This document shows, in pieces, positions 10,587-22,426 of a stretch of 64,000 bases of DNA. The notes under the pieces were generated by a model. The model was given only the letters and a program-made list of their open reading frames with translations. It searched no databases and was not told the origin of the DNA. Numbering within the stretch: the first letter of the stretch is position 1; every line of letters begins with the position of its first letter. Position numbers and translations under genes: made by a program. The DNA comes from Calditrichia bacterium (lineage in GTDB: Bacteria > Calditrichota > Calditrichia > JAJRVZ01). The DNA lies in NCBI GenBank assembly GCA_963777955.1, contig CAVZSQ010000021.1, positions 122,621 through 186,620 on the forward strand, read 5' to 3'.

Positions 10587-12645
10587 TCAACTGATCCGGG
10601 CCCCGGTCTCTATATCCTGGTCCACGGTCAGCAATCTTAAGGTACCCTCCTGTGAGGCTGCCAGCAACATACCGTTTGAGGTTTCGCCATGTATGGTGGC
10701 AGGTTCTAAATTCGCAACGACAATAATTTTCCGGCCGATCAGATCTTCCGGCTTATAATGTGCAGCAATGCCGGCAATTATTTGCCGCTCTTCCTGACCA
10801 ATCCGTACCTGCAGTTTAAGCAACTTCTGGCTTTTAGCCAGACGTTCCGCCTTAAGTACTTCAGCGACGGTCAGATTTATCTTCTTAAAATCATCGATTG
10901 TAATCACAGGCTTCTCCCCTTGTGCGGTTGCAGTGCTGCCGGTAGCGAACCGGCTAATTTAGCCGAGTTCCCGGTCAATCTTGTCATTTTCAATTTTAGT
11001 GAACAGAATCTGCGGCTCATTGATGGCGTGTCCTGCTTTAAGCGACAACTTTCCGGCGTTATCCCATTCGTTCATCAGGGCCTGATCCAGATTCAGCATG
11101 GTTCCGATTTTCTGAGCGGTGTCCGGTAAAAACGGTTTGAGCAGAATCGCCAGTGTTTTTATCGTTTCCAGGCACAGGTATATGGTTGTGTCACAGCTGC
11201 CTTTGTCCTTTTTAATCGTCAGCCAGGGCATTTTATCATTAAAATATTTATTGGCAAAACGGGCCAGGTCCATAATCTCTTTCAAGGCCAGGCGGAATGC
11301 GAAGCTATCCACTAGAATACCTACCGTCGGCGGCAGCCTTTTTAACTGTTTAATCAACTCCTGATCCAATGTATCAAAATTATCTAGCAGCGGGAATTTT
11401 ACCCTGGTACTGCCGGATTAAAAAGGTCAGGGTCCTGTTCACGAAATTTCCCAGAATGTCAGCCAGTTCATTGTTGTGCCGGGCCTGAAATTCCTTCCAG
11501 GAAAAATCCGCATCCTTCGTCTCCGGTAAAATACTGGTCAGGCAATAGCGCAGGGAATCTGTGTCAAATTCTTTTAAATATTCATCCAGCCATACTGCAT
11601 AATTCCGGCTGGTGGAAATTTTATTACCCTCCAAATTTAAAAATTCATTGGCCGGTACGTTATCGGGAAGCACATAGTCGCCATGAGCCATCAGCATTGC
11701 CGGGAAAATCAGACAGTGAAAAACGATATTATCTTTCCCGATAAAATGAACCAGGCGGGTTTCCTGGTTTTGCCAGTACTCTTTCCATAATTCCGGTTTA
11801 CCCTGCTGCATGGCCCATTCCACGGTCGCCGAAATATAACCAATCGGTGCATCAAACCAGACATACAGGACTTTTCCCTGCGCATCGATACCTTCTGCTT
11901 CAGCCACATCGTCGGGCACCGGGACACCCCAGGATAAATCCCTGGTCACGGCACGGTCTTTAAGTCCCTGAGAAAACCAACTCTGGATTTGACCCAGCAC
12001 GTTCGATTTCCAGTTTTTATGGCCGCTGATCCACTTTTCTAATCTCGGTTGAAATTTCTCCAGCGGCAAATACCAGTGCAGCGACTCTTTCAAAACCGGC
12101 TTGGTGTCCGTCACCATACTGCGCGGCTCGAGCAGGTCCGTCGGACTGAGGCTGGAACCGCATTTTTCGCACTGATCGCCATAGGCATCCTTATAGCCGC
12201 AATGGGGACAAATCCCCCGCACAAAACGATCAGCCAGAAACATTTTGGCCTGCGCATCATAAAGTTGCTGGTCTCTTTTCAGAATAAAACTTTTTTGCTC
12301 AGCTAGCCTGCGGAAAAAATCCTGGCTGATCCGGTAATGTACCGGGGAAGAGGTACGGCCGTAAAAGTCAAATTCTATCCCGAAAGCAGCAAAACTTTTT
12401 TTATTCTGTTCATGATAAAAATCGACGATTTTCTGCGGGGAAGTATTTTCCGATTTGGCGCGTAATAAAATCGGTACGCCGTGTTCGTCCGAACCACAGA
12501 TAAAAAGTATATCATGCCCTTTCAGGCGGTGATAACGTACAAATATATCTGCGGGCAGATAGGCGCCGGCTAAATGCCCCAGATGAATCGGACCATTGGC
12601 ATAAGGTAAAGCACTGGTCACTAGAATTCTTTTAAAACCTGCCAC
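10587..12645 (-). CDS. metG: Methionine--tRNA ligase with C-terminal tRNA-binding domain (two frameshifts)
   Basis: [29 protein letters not shown]-terminal Trbp111-like domain; three ORF pieces. Confidence 0.95.
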
Positions 12646-12746
12646 GATATGATCACCTTTTTATATCAATACAAACTATAATTTACACAGATCTGTTTAA
12701 CATAACAAGCACACGGATTACCCTTAAAACGAGGGGAATAATAGTT

Positions 12747-13574
12747 TCAGGCTTTTAAATTTAAATGTCCGGTCAATAATTTATTGATTTCGGAAAGTGA
12801 AAAATATTCATATTCATCATCATTAAACCTTAGCAGGACATTATCATTGAAAATATCAATTTTATCCACATATCCTTTACCCCGGTCCGTTTCAATAACC
12901 GAGTCCAGTGCCGGAAATTTTTTAAGCGAGTCGGCATAAAAATTCTTCTCGAATAACAAACAGCATTTCAGACGGTTGCAGACCCCGGAAAGTTTAGCCG
13001 GATTCATAGGTAAATTCTGTTCCTTGGCATCATTGGTAGAAATGGGTGAAAAAGTCTGCAGAAATGAACAGCAACACAGCCGATTGCCGCAAACTCCCAT
13101 CCCCCCGATTTTCCGGGTTTCTTCGCGGACACTGATCTGCCGCAGTTCAATGCGGGTGCGGTATTTACCGGCCAGGTCTTTTACCAGATCCCTGAAATCA
13201 ACCCGCTCATCCGAGGTAAAATAAAAGGTCAATTTATTGGCATCGAACTGATACTCCACATCCACAAGTTTCATATTCAAATTGCGGCGTTGAATCAACT
13301 CCTTACCCACCTCAAAGGCGGCCAGTTCACTTTCACGGTTTTTATTTAACTTTTCCAGTTCCTCCGGCGAAGCTTTTCGTACAATAATTTTTGGTTCTTC
13401 TTTGACATCTTTTAACTGCTGCCTTGAATTAATTTGCAAAACCTTGCCCAGATCATTGCCTTTCTCCGCCTCGACAATGACCAAATCGCCTATTTCGAGC
13501 TCCAGGCCGTGATAATTGATATAATAGGCCTTCCGGGTTTTCTTAAAACCGATTTCTACTAACTCTGGACTCAT
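12747..13574 (-). CDS. ricT: PSP1/RicT (YaaT) family protein
   Basis: FYFTSDERVDFRDLVKDLA, CGNRLCC, GVCNRLKCCL; holB-ricT-metG synteny. Confidence 0.9.
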   Translation of the reverse strand: MSPELVEIGFKKTRKAYYINYHGLELEIGDLVIVEAEKGNDLGKVLQINSRQQLKDVKEEPKIIVRKASPEELEKLNKNRESELAAFEVGKELIQRRNLNMKLVDVEYQFDANKLTFYFTSDERVDFRDLVKDLAGKYRTRIELRQISVREETRKIGGMGVCGNRLCCCSFLQTFSPISTNDAKEQNLPMNPAKLSGVCNRLKCCLLFEKNFYADSLKKFPALDSVIETDRGKGYVDKIDIFNDNVLLRFNDDEYEYFSLSEINKLLTGHLNLKA

Positions 13575-13580
13575 CGCAGT

Positions 13581-14679
13581 TCATAACTCCTTGGTAACTT
13601 TTTTCTGTTTTAAAACCATCTTGATCCGAAAGGCTAACACGGTTAAAACCAGTTGAGGATACACATTTTGCTTAATATGTTCACTGGCCTGCTCGATAAA
13701 AGCAATTATTTCCTCAAATCCGCTTAATGGATAAAGATCAGCAAACTGCACCATTTTTGCCTGGTAATCAACATGCACAACATCGGCCTGATTACCAAAT
13801 AATTTTATGTGCAGGATATCTTGAAACCATAAAATAATTAAAACCAATATGTTCAGCAAGTGATTTTTATCCCTTGATCTGACCAGCTCGTCAATTACGC
13901 TGAATATTTGAATATCATCATCAGCCAGCAGCGACTGTACATAGGCATACATGAGTTTCTTTTTGTCATCTTCCTCCGTTTCCAATTCCTGGAAGATCTT
14001 GACCAGATTTCCCTGACAGAGATGGACAGTTTTTTCCACCTTCGCAGTGAGGGGATGATAACGGGCAATTACCGTCGAAGATTCTTTAAAACTCAATGGA
14101 TGAAAATAGACCAGTTGACAGCGGGAACGAATCGTATCTAAAAGTAAATCCAGGTGAGAGGTGGCCAGAATGATCAGCAAATTTGCCGGAGGTTCCTCCA
14201 GAATTTTAAGAAACGAATTGGCGCTCTCCCGGGTCATCCTTTCCGCATTGCTGACAATATATACCTTCTTTTCTGCTTCATAGGGAGCAAACTTTGCCTC
14301 GGTTTTGAGTTCCCTTACCCTTTCTATCTGTATACTGGTATGACCGCTCAGATCAATCCCGGCATAGGGATTTTTCGCTTTTTGCTTGATCCTTTCCTTG
14401 ATATCATCGACCGTCCAGTTGCTGGCGGTGGGAAACAGGTATTTGACATCCGGATGATTCAGGGAACTGACCTTGTGGCAGGCCGCGCAGGTATTACAGG
14501 GAATGGCGTTCAGCATCGAGGCAGTTTACCGCTTTGGCTAACTCGAAGGCCAGCGCTTCTTTACCGCTGCCCTGCGGTCCATAGAAAAGATAAGCATGGG
14601 CCAGACGTTTCCGCTTGATGCTTTCCGTGAATCGTTCAATGATCTGCGGCTGGATCGAAATATTTGAAAAGTATTGCAT
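13581..14679 (-). CDS. holB: DNA polymerase III delta' subunit (frameshift near 14510)
   Basis: AHAYLFYGPQGSGK, NSFLKILEEPP, TIRSRC. Confidence 0.92.
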
Positions 14680-14719
14680 TTATTTCAGCTTAATCTTCGG
14701 ATTGAATCTATTTTTATAT

Positions 14720-15120
14720 TTAAGGCTTAGTGGTGGAAATAATGATCTTATATATCCCCTTCTTGCGCAGTAAATCCATGACCTTGATGATAATACCATG
14801 GGTCGTTTTTTCATCTGCTCTGAGTACCACCATTTTTTCTGTCTGGGCCTGCAGCAATTCAGCGACCGTCTGAGCCAGTTCCTCCAGTTTTATCTGGATT
14901 TTTGTTGATATAAATATTACCCAGGGCATCTACAAATACAATTACTTTTTCAGCATTATGCGTCTCACTGCTTTCGGCTTCGGGTAATTTCAATTCAATT
15001 CCGGGCTGTTCCAGAAAGGTGGAGGTGACCGTAAAAAATATTATCAAAATGAACATGATGTCCATGAGCGAGGTAATATTGAGCGATACTTTCTTCTGCT
15101 GATTTCTTGGATAATTGCAT
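14720..15120 (-). CDS. exbD: ExbD/TolR biopolymer transporter (frameshifted)
   Basis: NITSLMDIMFILIIFF, VVLRAD, KVMDLL across fragments. Confidence 0.88.
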
Positions 15121-15141
15121 CGGATCTAAATCTTTTACTGT

Positions 15142-15751
15142 TTATTTTTTAAGATGAAATAATTTTTGAATTAAATAATTCGAATGTTTTTCAATATCCA
15201 GAACATAATTTTCCGCTCTGCCGGTAAAATAATTATAAAAAATCAAAGCGGGCACACCGATGAATAAGCCGGCAATGGTGGTAATCAGCGCTTCGGCAAT
15301 ACCGCCGGACAGAGCCGCCGCCTGGCCAACCCCCAATTCCTTTATCACATTAAATACCTTTTCCATTCCCAGAACAGTACCGAGAAATCCGAACAACGGT
15401 GAAACAACTGCAATCGTTTCTAATAATGACAATCCCCGTTCTAATTCCCGGATTTCCTGGCGGCCCTGGTCTTCCAACAACTCTTTGATCTCAGTTCCGC
15501 TCCAGCGTACTGTTTTCCAGGGTCAGCCGGATCAGATTGGGCAGCGGTCCTTTATATTTTGCACAGATATTTCTGGCCAGATCGACATCCTGTTTTGAAA
15601 AAAAGTGTTCAACCAGATTGACTATTTCCGGTATCAGGATTTTTTTCCGCCGCAGACAAATAAACCGGTCGATAATAATGGCCAGTGCCAGAATTGAGGC
15701 TAGCAACAATGGATACATCATGATGCCGCCGCTCTTGAACCATTCTAACAT
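15142..15751 (-). CDS. exbB: MotA/TolQ/ExbB proton channel (frameshift near 15490)
   Basis: SPLFGFLGTVLGM, GIAEALITTIAGL. Confidence 0.9.
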
Positions 15752-15752
15752 A

Positions 15753-16706
15753 TTATTGGGTTACCTCTCTTGGATTGGGATAAATCAATGTTGCAGTAAT
15801 AGTTAACTGATTTTCAGGAAAATTCGCCGGGAGTGCTTTGAAAGGGAATAGCGCCACAATGGCATTCTCGCTGGTTTGCTGTAAAGATTCATGACCGTGC
15901 TGCTCCAGCACTTTGTACCCCAGCAAGCGGCCCTCCCTGGATATGGAGAACTGAATCACCGTATAACCATGAATCAGACCCAGATAATAATAAGCCACCG
16001 GCGGAGACCAGACCTGATACAACTTGCGCTTTAAGGCATAGATATAAGGAGCCCATTCCCAGGCATAGGTGCTTAAGGAAATACTACCCATTTCATCCGT
16101 CGAGAATTTTTTCTGGGCCCAGTTCTGATCAGGAGAATAACTGTCATTCGCTGCCGCAGAACCGGTCCTATCCTCTTCATTTGAGGACTGCTCTGCAGCA
16201 CTCAGTTCCGCTGCATTCATGGCATCTTTTCCCAGGGCGTCACGTCTGAATTTTTTTACGGATTGTTTCGAAGCCGCCAGCGGGATTTCGGGATTGGACA
16301 GATTTTCGAACGGTAAAGCTCCTGTACTGAATGGCTGGTTACCAAATTCATCCAGTAACTCCGGGTTACGCGCCCGGGAATTACGATCGGCCAGTAAATC
16401 GGAATAATCCGGTTCCAGGTTATTTTCATTAATGTTCTCGACAATTTTCATCGGCTTATTTTCAGGGAAAAGAATAGTAACCGGTTCAGCCGGTTTGGCC
16501 AGTTCCCGCTTTAAATCGATTTTAAAGAAATCCGATTTTAACAGAAAAAATAACAATACATGAATGGCAATTGAGGCCACAATAGCCAGTCTGAAGATCA
16601 GCCGGTTACGGTCGCCACTATACTGTTTTATACTCTGTATGGAAACTGCCGGATTATTCATTTTAACTGGTTCAAAATCTGGAACACCTAAGTATTTAGA
16701 CGCCAA
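15753..16706 (-). CDS. TonB/TolA-like energy transducer
   Basis: N-terminal anchor with SxxxH (SIAIH), low-complexity linker, TonB-C-like domain (FKALP); upstream of exbBD. Confidence 0.75.
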   Translation of the reverse strand: MASKYLGVPDFEPVKMNNPAVSIQSIKQYSGDRNRLIFRLAIVASIAIHVLLFFLLKSDFFKIDLKRELAKPAEPVTILFPENKPMKIVENINENNLEPDYSDLLADRNSRARNPELLDEFGNQPFSTGALPFENLSNPEIPLAASKQSVKKFRRDALGKDAMNAAELSAAEQSSNEEDRTGSAAANDSYSPDQNWAQKKFSTDEMGSISLSTYAWEWAPYIYALKRKLYQVWSPPVAYYYLGLIHGYTVIQFSISREGRLLGYKVLEQHGHESLQQTSENAIVALFPFKALPANFPENQLTITATLIYPNPREVTQ

Positions 16707-16724
16707 TTGCTCTATTTTTTTGCT

Positions 16725-19359
16725 CTATAAAAGGTAATTCTTACTTAAGTAATATGCCCGGCCGGCCGGATGTTTGGTCATTTTGATATCCCGCAAGACA
16801 GCTTCTTTGACATTAATCTGGAAAGAATAATAATCATTGCTGGGTTGCCAGTTGAAGGACATCTCCCAGCAATGCAGATCACGATATATGGAAAAACTCT
16901 GATAGACGATGGTGGGTTCCATTAAATCAAAACGCCCGCTCCAGTTAATGCGCCAATTTTTAGTCAGGGTAACACTGGCACTGGTACCCAGATCCAGCCG
17001 GCTCTCGTCACTTTTTTGCGCAACCCAGGGATTATAATTATAACTGAAATTGAAACTCACCCGCCAGGGAATTTTAAGGGCCTTGGCCGCTTTTTCATCG
17101 CTGATTTTTTCTGTCTGAATATAGGAATAATCTTCTAAACCTTCCGGCTCGGCCATATCATCATCTGCCGCAGTTTCTTCCTTACCCTTGCTTTTCGGCT
17201 CAAACATTTTATTATCCAGCGCAAAAGAGGTACTGGCGCGTAAGTTTAGCAAGCGAGGGATTTTACCTTTAGCCGGCAGGAGTACATTGACGGTTCTACC
17301 TCCCGGAACGGCTGCATAAAAACTGTGAGTGGTCGAAACATCGAGACTGATACCCTGCACCGGAGTTGCTCTGAAACTGGTATTTAAATTACCCCACTTC
17401 AGACTATCAGCTTTAAAATTATAACCGGTATTGAAATTTAAAGTAAACAGATCGATTTTTTTCTCTTCATCACCATTGACCAATTTCGCCTGAAAGAGAT
17501 TGCCGACACTGATGCGCATGGATTGGGATTCATTGGCCCGTGGTGTTCCTGCGAATGGATTCTTTTTAAATTTATCTATCTCGCTGACCTTCCCGTCGTC
17601 GCCGGTGACATAATTGAAATAGTCCCAGTCAGGGGTCGTAAAATCAGGGGTATAGGTATAGGATATTTGCGGATCAATTTTATGACGCAAAAATTTGAAA
17701 CTACCGATATTAGGTTCCAGCAGGCCGTATAAAGTAGTTTTTAAAGTGAAACTGGTATTAAATGTTCTTCTGCTGGCGAATTGTTTTACCTGTGATTCTA
17801 TAATCGAACTGGTACTGGTGTCATATCTGGCCCGGGTTATTTCGTCTACCCATAATTCCTGGTAGTTTATGGCCGGGGTCAGATTAAAATATTTTAGTAT
17901 TTTTTGAGGAGCATTAAATGATACATTGTGTTGTATACCCCGCTTTTCTTCCCGACGAAAACCTGTGTCCGCTTCCGTCTCCACCCAGGTCTTATCACCG
18001 CGGTTTACTAAATTGACGTCATAATTAAAATTGATATTTTGATACCAGTAACGGCTTGCACCGGCCGAATTGCCGCCGAACAATTCATACAAAGAAGTCT
18101 GAGTCCGGGAAAACCGGGCATTGGGGAATGTATAAGATATATTTCCGTTTTTTAAATTTTCCGTCCGGCCGAGATTTACCGACAATGAATTCTTTGTACC
18201 GCGAAATTTCTTACTGATGGTCAGATTTGAAGTAATCAGTTGATTGGTACGCCGGTTGATATCACTGGACAATTCTCTTTCCAGGGAGCGGTCGCTTTGA
18301 AACTGACCTCTGGCTGTGATGCTTAAAGTGGGATCAATGTGTTTGTGAATGCGAAAGTGTAAAGGCCCATCTTTCGCGTCTTGATCCCGTATTGGGATCC
18401 CGGGGCAGATAATATCCCCCGACGTTTCCACTAAAAGAATAGAGCAATTTATAACTCAGATCGGCTTTATAGGAAAAACCAAGTTTATCATAAAAGTCGG
18501 TTAAAAAAGTCGCATCCATATAATCACTGGGCGCCCAGTAGTAGCCCATGTTCTTTAAGAATCTCCCGCCATAACTGCTCTCGCCATAATTCGGTACAAT
18601 TATTCCGGAGTGGCGGCCCCGTCTATTGGGAAAAACGCCGAACGGAATCGCCAGCAGAGGGACATCGGCGATATACAGATAAACGGGTTGTGCTACCAGC
18701 CTGTCTTTGACCATGGCCCGCATTTTATGACTTCTGAAATAAAAATGCGGATCATCGATATATTCACAGGAGGTGAAATACCCGTCCTCGACCAGCAGAG
18801 TTTTATCACTTATTTTATTGATCTTCTGACCTTTATAATATCCGGGCGGCATCTGGGTTTTACCGTAATTAACCTTGCCGCGCTTGGTATTAAAATCATA
18901 ATATAAAGTATTCCCATAAATGGGCTCTTCCCCTTGCTCCGTGAAAACCGGTGTACCCTTATAAACCGGATTACCCAGTGAATCGACGGTATCCACAATC
19001 CCTTCAGCAAACAGGTAATGATTTTGCTGGTCGATCATGATGCTGGCCGCCTGCAGGGTCATTTCCTGATAGACAATCCTGGCATTACCCTTCAGGTAGA
19101 TTTTATTGTTACCCCAACTGATTCCACCCTGTTCGGCCCAGTAATAAATAGGGTCAGCCAGATCCAATCCCTGGTTTGAATCGGGTTTTACCGCTGCTGT
19201 TGCCGAAACGGACGGGATGGCCACCAGGTTTGTATCGATTGTGTTATAAAGTGCAGCTGAATCCGCCGGCAGCGACTGGGCCAGGGCCAGATCGTGGCGA
19301 GTAATAACAAAGCACAAGATGTTCAGCAACAAAACAGTTTTACCGGTCACGATTTTCAT
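16725..19359 (-). CDS. lptD: Putative LPS-assembly protein LptD, FCB type (frameshift near 18335)
   Basis: Signal peptide, FTSC..DPHFY, RHSGIIVPNYG, RDLHCWEMSF C-terminus. Confidence 0.82.
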
Positions 19360-19399
19360 ATACGTACAAGTTTTTACATTTCTTGCTGCCTGCACCCGG

Positions 19400-21520
19400 T
19401 CAATCTGTTTTATCTACTAATAGAAAATCCACCTTGCCTTCTTCCAGTTTGACCTCTTTGACTTTAATGCGCACAGAGTCACCCAGGCGTAATCTCTGAC
19501 TGGAATTTTTACCGACCAGGGCATAACTCTTTTCATCGTAAATATAATATGTATCCATGTCTTTTACATGGATAAGCCCCTCCACCAGTGTGTCATACAG
19601 TTCCACAAAGATACCGAAGGGCATTACACCGGAAATGATCCCGTTAAACTCTTCGCCGATAAACTGGCTGATATACTCATTCTTTTTCAGGCGCATCGAC
19701 TCCCGTTCGGCTTCCATAGCGCTTCGTTCCATCGTTGTCGAATGCTGACCTATTTCTTCCAGTGATTTGTTTAAATTTGCCAGATCCAGTCCGCTGGTGG
19801 ATTGAGTATACCTTTTCAGCAGGCGGTGGACCATTAAATCCGGGTAACGCCGGATAGGTGAGGTAAAATGCGTATAATGCCTGAAACCTAATCCGAAATG
19901 TCCGACATTTTTCGTAGAATAAATAGCTTTCATCATGGACCGCAGCGCTACCTCCTCGATGACAATAGCTTCTTTGCTGTCCTTGATACTGTCCAATAAT
20001 TGTCCAAAATATTTTGAACTGATATTCTTGTGCGGTTTAATTTTGAAACCCAGGGTATTCAGAAAGGCAAAAAACTTTTCCATCTTTTCCTCATCCGGCT
20101 GCTCGTGCACCCGGTACAGGAAAGGTAAAGTAAAATCACGGGTGCTGATTTTTTTGATATGCTCGGCAACCGTCTTGTTGGCCAGCAGCATGAATTCTTC
20201 AATCAGCCGGTGACTGTCCAGGCGTTGTTTACGTTTGATTGCCGTGGGAAAACCCTTGCTATCCAGGGAAAAAGTAACTTCAGGTGTCTCAAAATCAATT
20301 CCGCCATCAGCATACCTTTTCTGATTCAGCAGTTTGCTTAATTCCATCATGGCCCTCAACTGCAGGGTATGAGGATCGGAGTCCCGGGCATCGATCAGAG
20401 CTTGTACTTCCTCATAACTGAACCGCCGCTTGCTGTTGATCACCGAGGGTTGGATCTGATACTGCAGTACATTCCCCTGCTGATCCACTTCCATTATACA
20501 ACTGTAGGTCAGCCGGTCTTGCCGGGGCTGCAGGCTGCATAGTTGATTGGACAGTACTTCAGGTAGCATGGGGATGACCCGGTCAACCAGATAGACGCTG
20601 GTACCACGGCCATAGGCCTCCCGATCGAGGGCCGAATGTTCCTGAACATAATGACTGACATCGGCGATATGCACACCCAGCACATAATTACCCTGTTCGT
20701 TTTTCTCCAGCGACACTGCATCATCAAAATCTTTGGCATCTTCAGGGTCAATGGTAACACAGAATTTATCGCGTAAATCCAGCCGCTTTTTGATCTCCGC
20801 ATCCGTGCTGCCGGATGGTATGGCCGCTGCCTGGCTCTCGATATCCCCCGGAAAACGCACCGCCAGTTGGAAAGCATATGCAACCGAGGCAACATCCACG
20901 CCGGGCTCGCCCGGCTTCCCGATAATTTCTATGATCGTGCCTTCCGGATTTAAATGATCATTTTCCCATTTCTCCAGCCGGACCACAACTTTTTGACCCT
21001 GGCTGGCGTTATTTTGCTTCTCCTGCGGAATATAAAAATCCCGGTATATTTTGGGATTATCCGGCACTACATAGCCATAATATTTGGTCTGATGAAAAGT
21101 ACCTACATATTGCTGGCGGTTTCGTTTGAGCAACTTCGAGACAAAACCCTCTTCATTTTTCCCGCGGTTGGTGGCATATAATTTTACTTCGACCTCATCG
21201 CCATCAAAGGCTGTGTTAAGATGATCGCGGCCGATATAGACATCTATATCATTTTCCGCATCATGTACAAATCCGAAGCCGGCCCGGGTTAAACTCAATG
21301 TTCCCCGAATCAATCTGGACTTCGCCGGCACTTTATAAATGCGGGTATTTCGCATTTGAATAATCTGCCCGGAATCTGCCAGATGTTTAACAGTCATTAA
21401 AAATTCATGTTGATATTTTTTGGGTACTTTGAGTATCCCTTTCAGTTCTTCTGCGGAAAGTCCGTTTTTATTTCGTTCCAGTACCGCAATAATTTCTTTG
21501 TTAAATTGTTTTTTTGACAT
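19400..21520 (-). CDS. rnr: Ribonuclease R
   Basis: TIDPEDAKDFDDA, HFTSPIRRYPDL, S1 domain. Confidence 0.95.
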   Translation of the reverse strand: MSKKQFNKEIIAVLERNKNGLSAEELKGILKVPKKYQHEFLMTVKHLADSGQIIQMRNTRIYKVPAKSRLIRGTLSLTRAGFGFVHDAENDIDVYIGRDHLNTAFDGDEVEVKLYATNRGKNEEGFVSKLLKRNRQQYVGTFHQTKYYGYVVPDNPKIYRDFYIPQEKQNNASQGQKVVVRLEKWENDHLNPEGTIIEIIGKPGEPGVDVASVAYAFQLAVRFPGDIESQAAAIPSGSTDAEIKKRLDLRDKFCVTIDPEDAKDFDDAVSLEKNEQGNYVLGVHIADVSHYVQEHSALDREAYGRGTSVYLVDRVIPMLPEVLSNQLCSLQPRQDRLTYSCIMEVDQQGNVLQYQIQPSVINSKRRFSYEEVQALIDARDSDPHTLQLRAMMELSKLLNQKRYADGGIDFETPEVTFSLDSKGFPTAIKRKQRLDSHRLIEEFMLLANKTVAEHIKKISTRDFTLPFLYRVHEQPDEEKMEKFFAFLNTLGFKIKPHKNISSKYFGQLLDSIKDSKEAIVIEEVALRSMMKAIYSTKNVGHFGLGFRHYTHFTSPIRRYPDLMVHRLLKRYTQSTSGLDLANLNKSLEEIGQHSTTMERSAMEAERESMRLKKNEYISQFIGEEFNGIISGVMPFGIFVELYDTLVEGLIHVKDMDTYYIYDEKSYALVGKNSSQRLRLGDSVRIKVKEVKLEEGKVDFLLVDKTD

Positions 21521-21522
21521 AG

Positions 21523-22398
21523 TTATTTTACAGTTATCTCCAGTATGCGGATAATATCATTATTATCCTTGTAAGTGTTAATGTATTCATAATTAAATTG
21601 TTTCGCTAAATTTATGATTTTATCCTGATTTAATCCGCTCAATTCCAACATTATATATTTTACCGGAAGCCCGCTTCTGACCAATTCGAATATCTGCCGG
21701 TAAAAGCGCAGCCCGCTCCCATAATCAGTCAGGGCATTTTCCGGTTCATAATGGCGGATTTCTTCGTCTAAACCAGGCAACTCTTCTACACTAATATACG
21801 GCGGATTGGATACCAGGATATCAATATTTTTTGCGGCCGGTGGTTCAGGCTGAAATATATCATGTTTAATAAAACTGATTTGTCCGGCTACTCCATTGAA
21901 TTCTGCATTTTTTTGAGCCAGTTGCAAAACTGCGTCAGAAATATCGGTAGCGTAAATATGGCAGCCTGGCCATAATTTTGCCAGGGCCACGGCAATACAG
22001 CCGCTGCCTGTGCCTAAATCGCAGATAGTAATCTCCTGCTGCTCAAATTTATTTCTTAAATCCAGGGTTCGTTCCACCAGTATTTCCGTTTCAGGCCGGG
22101 GTATCAAAACCGCCGGATTAACCTGGAATACCAGACCCATAAATTCTGTCCGCCCGGTTATATATTGCAACGGTTCCCTTTTAGCCCGTCGCTCCACCAG
22201 CAGGCGAAAACGGGAAACTTCGTCTTCATTTAAAATACGGTCGAACTGCAGATATAGTTGTATACGTTCCAACTGCAGCAAATGGGACAGCAGTCTTTCG
22301 GCATTTAATCTGGGTTCTGAGATATTTTTACGGGTAAAGTAATCAGTGGTTGTGTTTAAAAGATCGATTATTTTCCACTGCTTTTTTACTTCTGTCAT
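21523..22398 (-). CDS. prmC: Release factor glutamine methyltransferase
   Basis: LIPRPETE, DLGTGSG, SNPPY; follows prfA. Confidence 0.95.
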   Translation of the reverse strand: MTEVKKQWKIIDLLNTTTDYFTRKNISEPRLNAERLLSHLLQLERIQLYLQFDRILNEDEVSRFRLLVERRAKREPLQYITGRTEFMGLVFQVNPAVLIPRPETEILVERTLDLRNKFEQQEITICDLGTGSGCIAVALAKLWPGCHIYATDISDAVLQLAQKNAEFNGVAGQISFIKHDIFQPEPPAAKNIDILVSNPPYISVEELPGLDEEIRHYEPENALTDYGSGLRFYRQIFELVRSGLPVKYIMLELSGLNQDKIINLAKQFNYEYINTYKDNNDIIRILEITVK

Positions 22399-22426
22399 TC
22401 AGCGGTTTTGATACCTACGTTCACAA

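Noticed and set aside
6764..12645. Programmed frameshifting or true pseudogenisation of glyQS/metG (also tyrS, smpB, holB)
   Set aside because: These are essential genes with intact motifs, no common slippery site or stimulator, and indels scattered window-wide; sequencing error is far more parsimonious.
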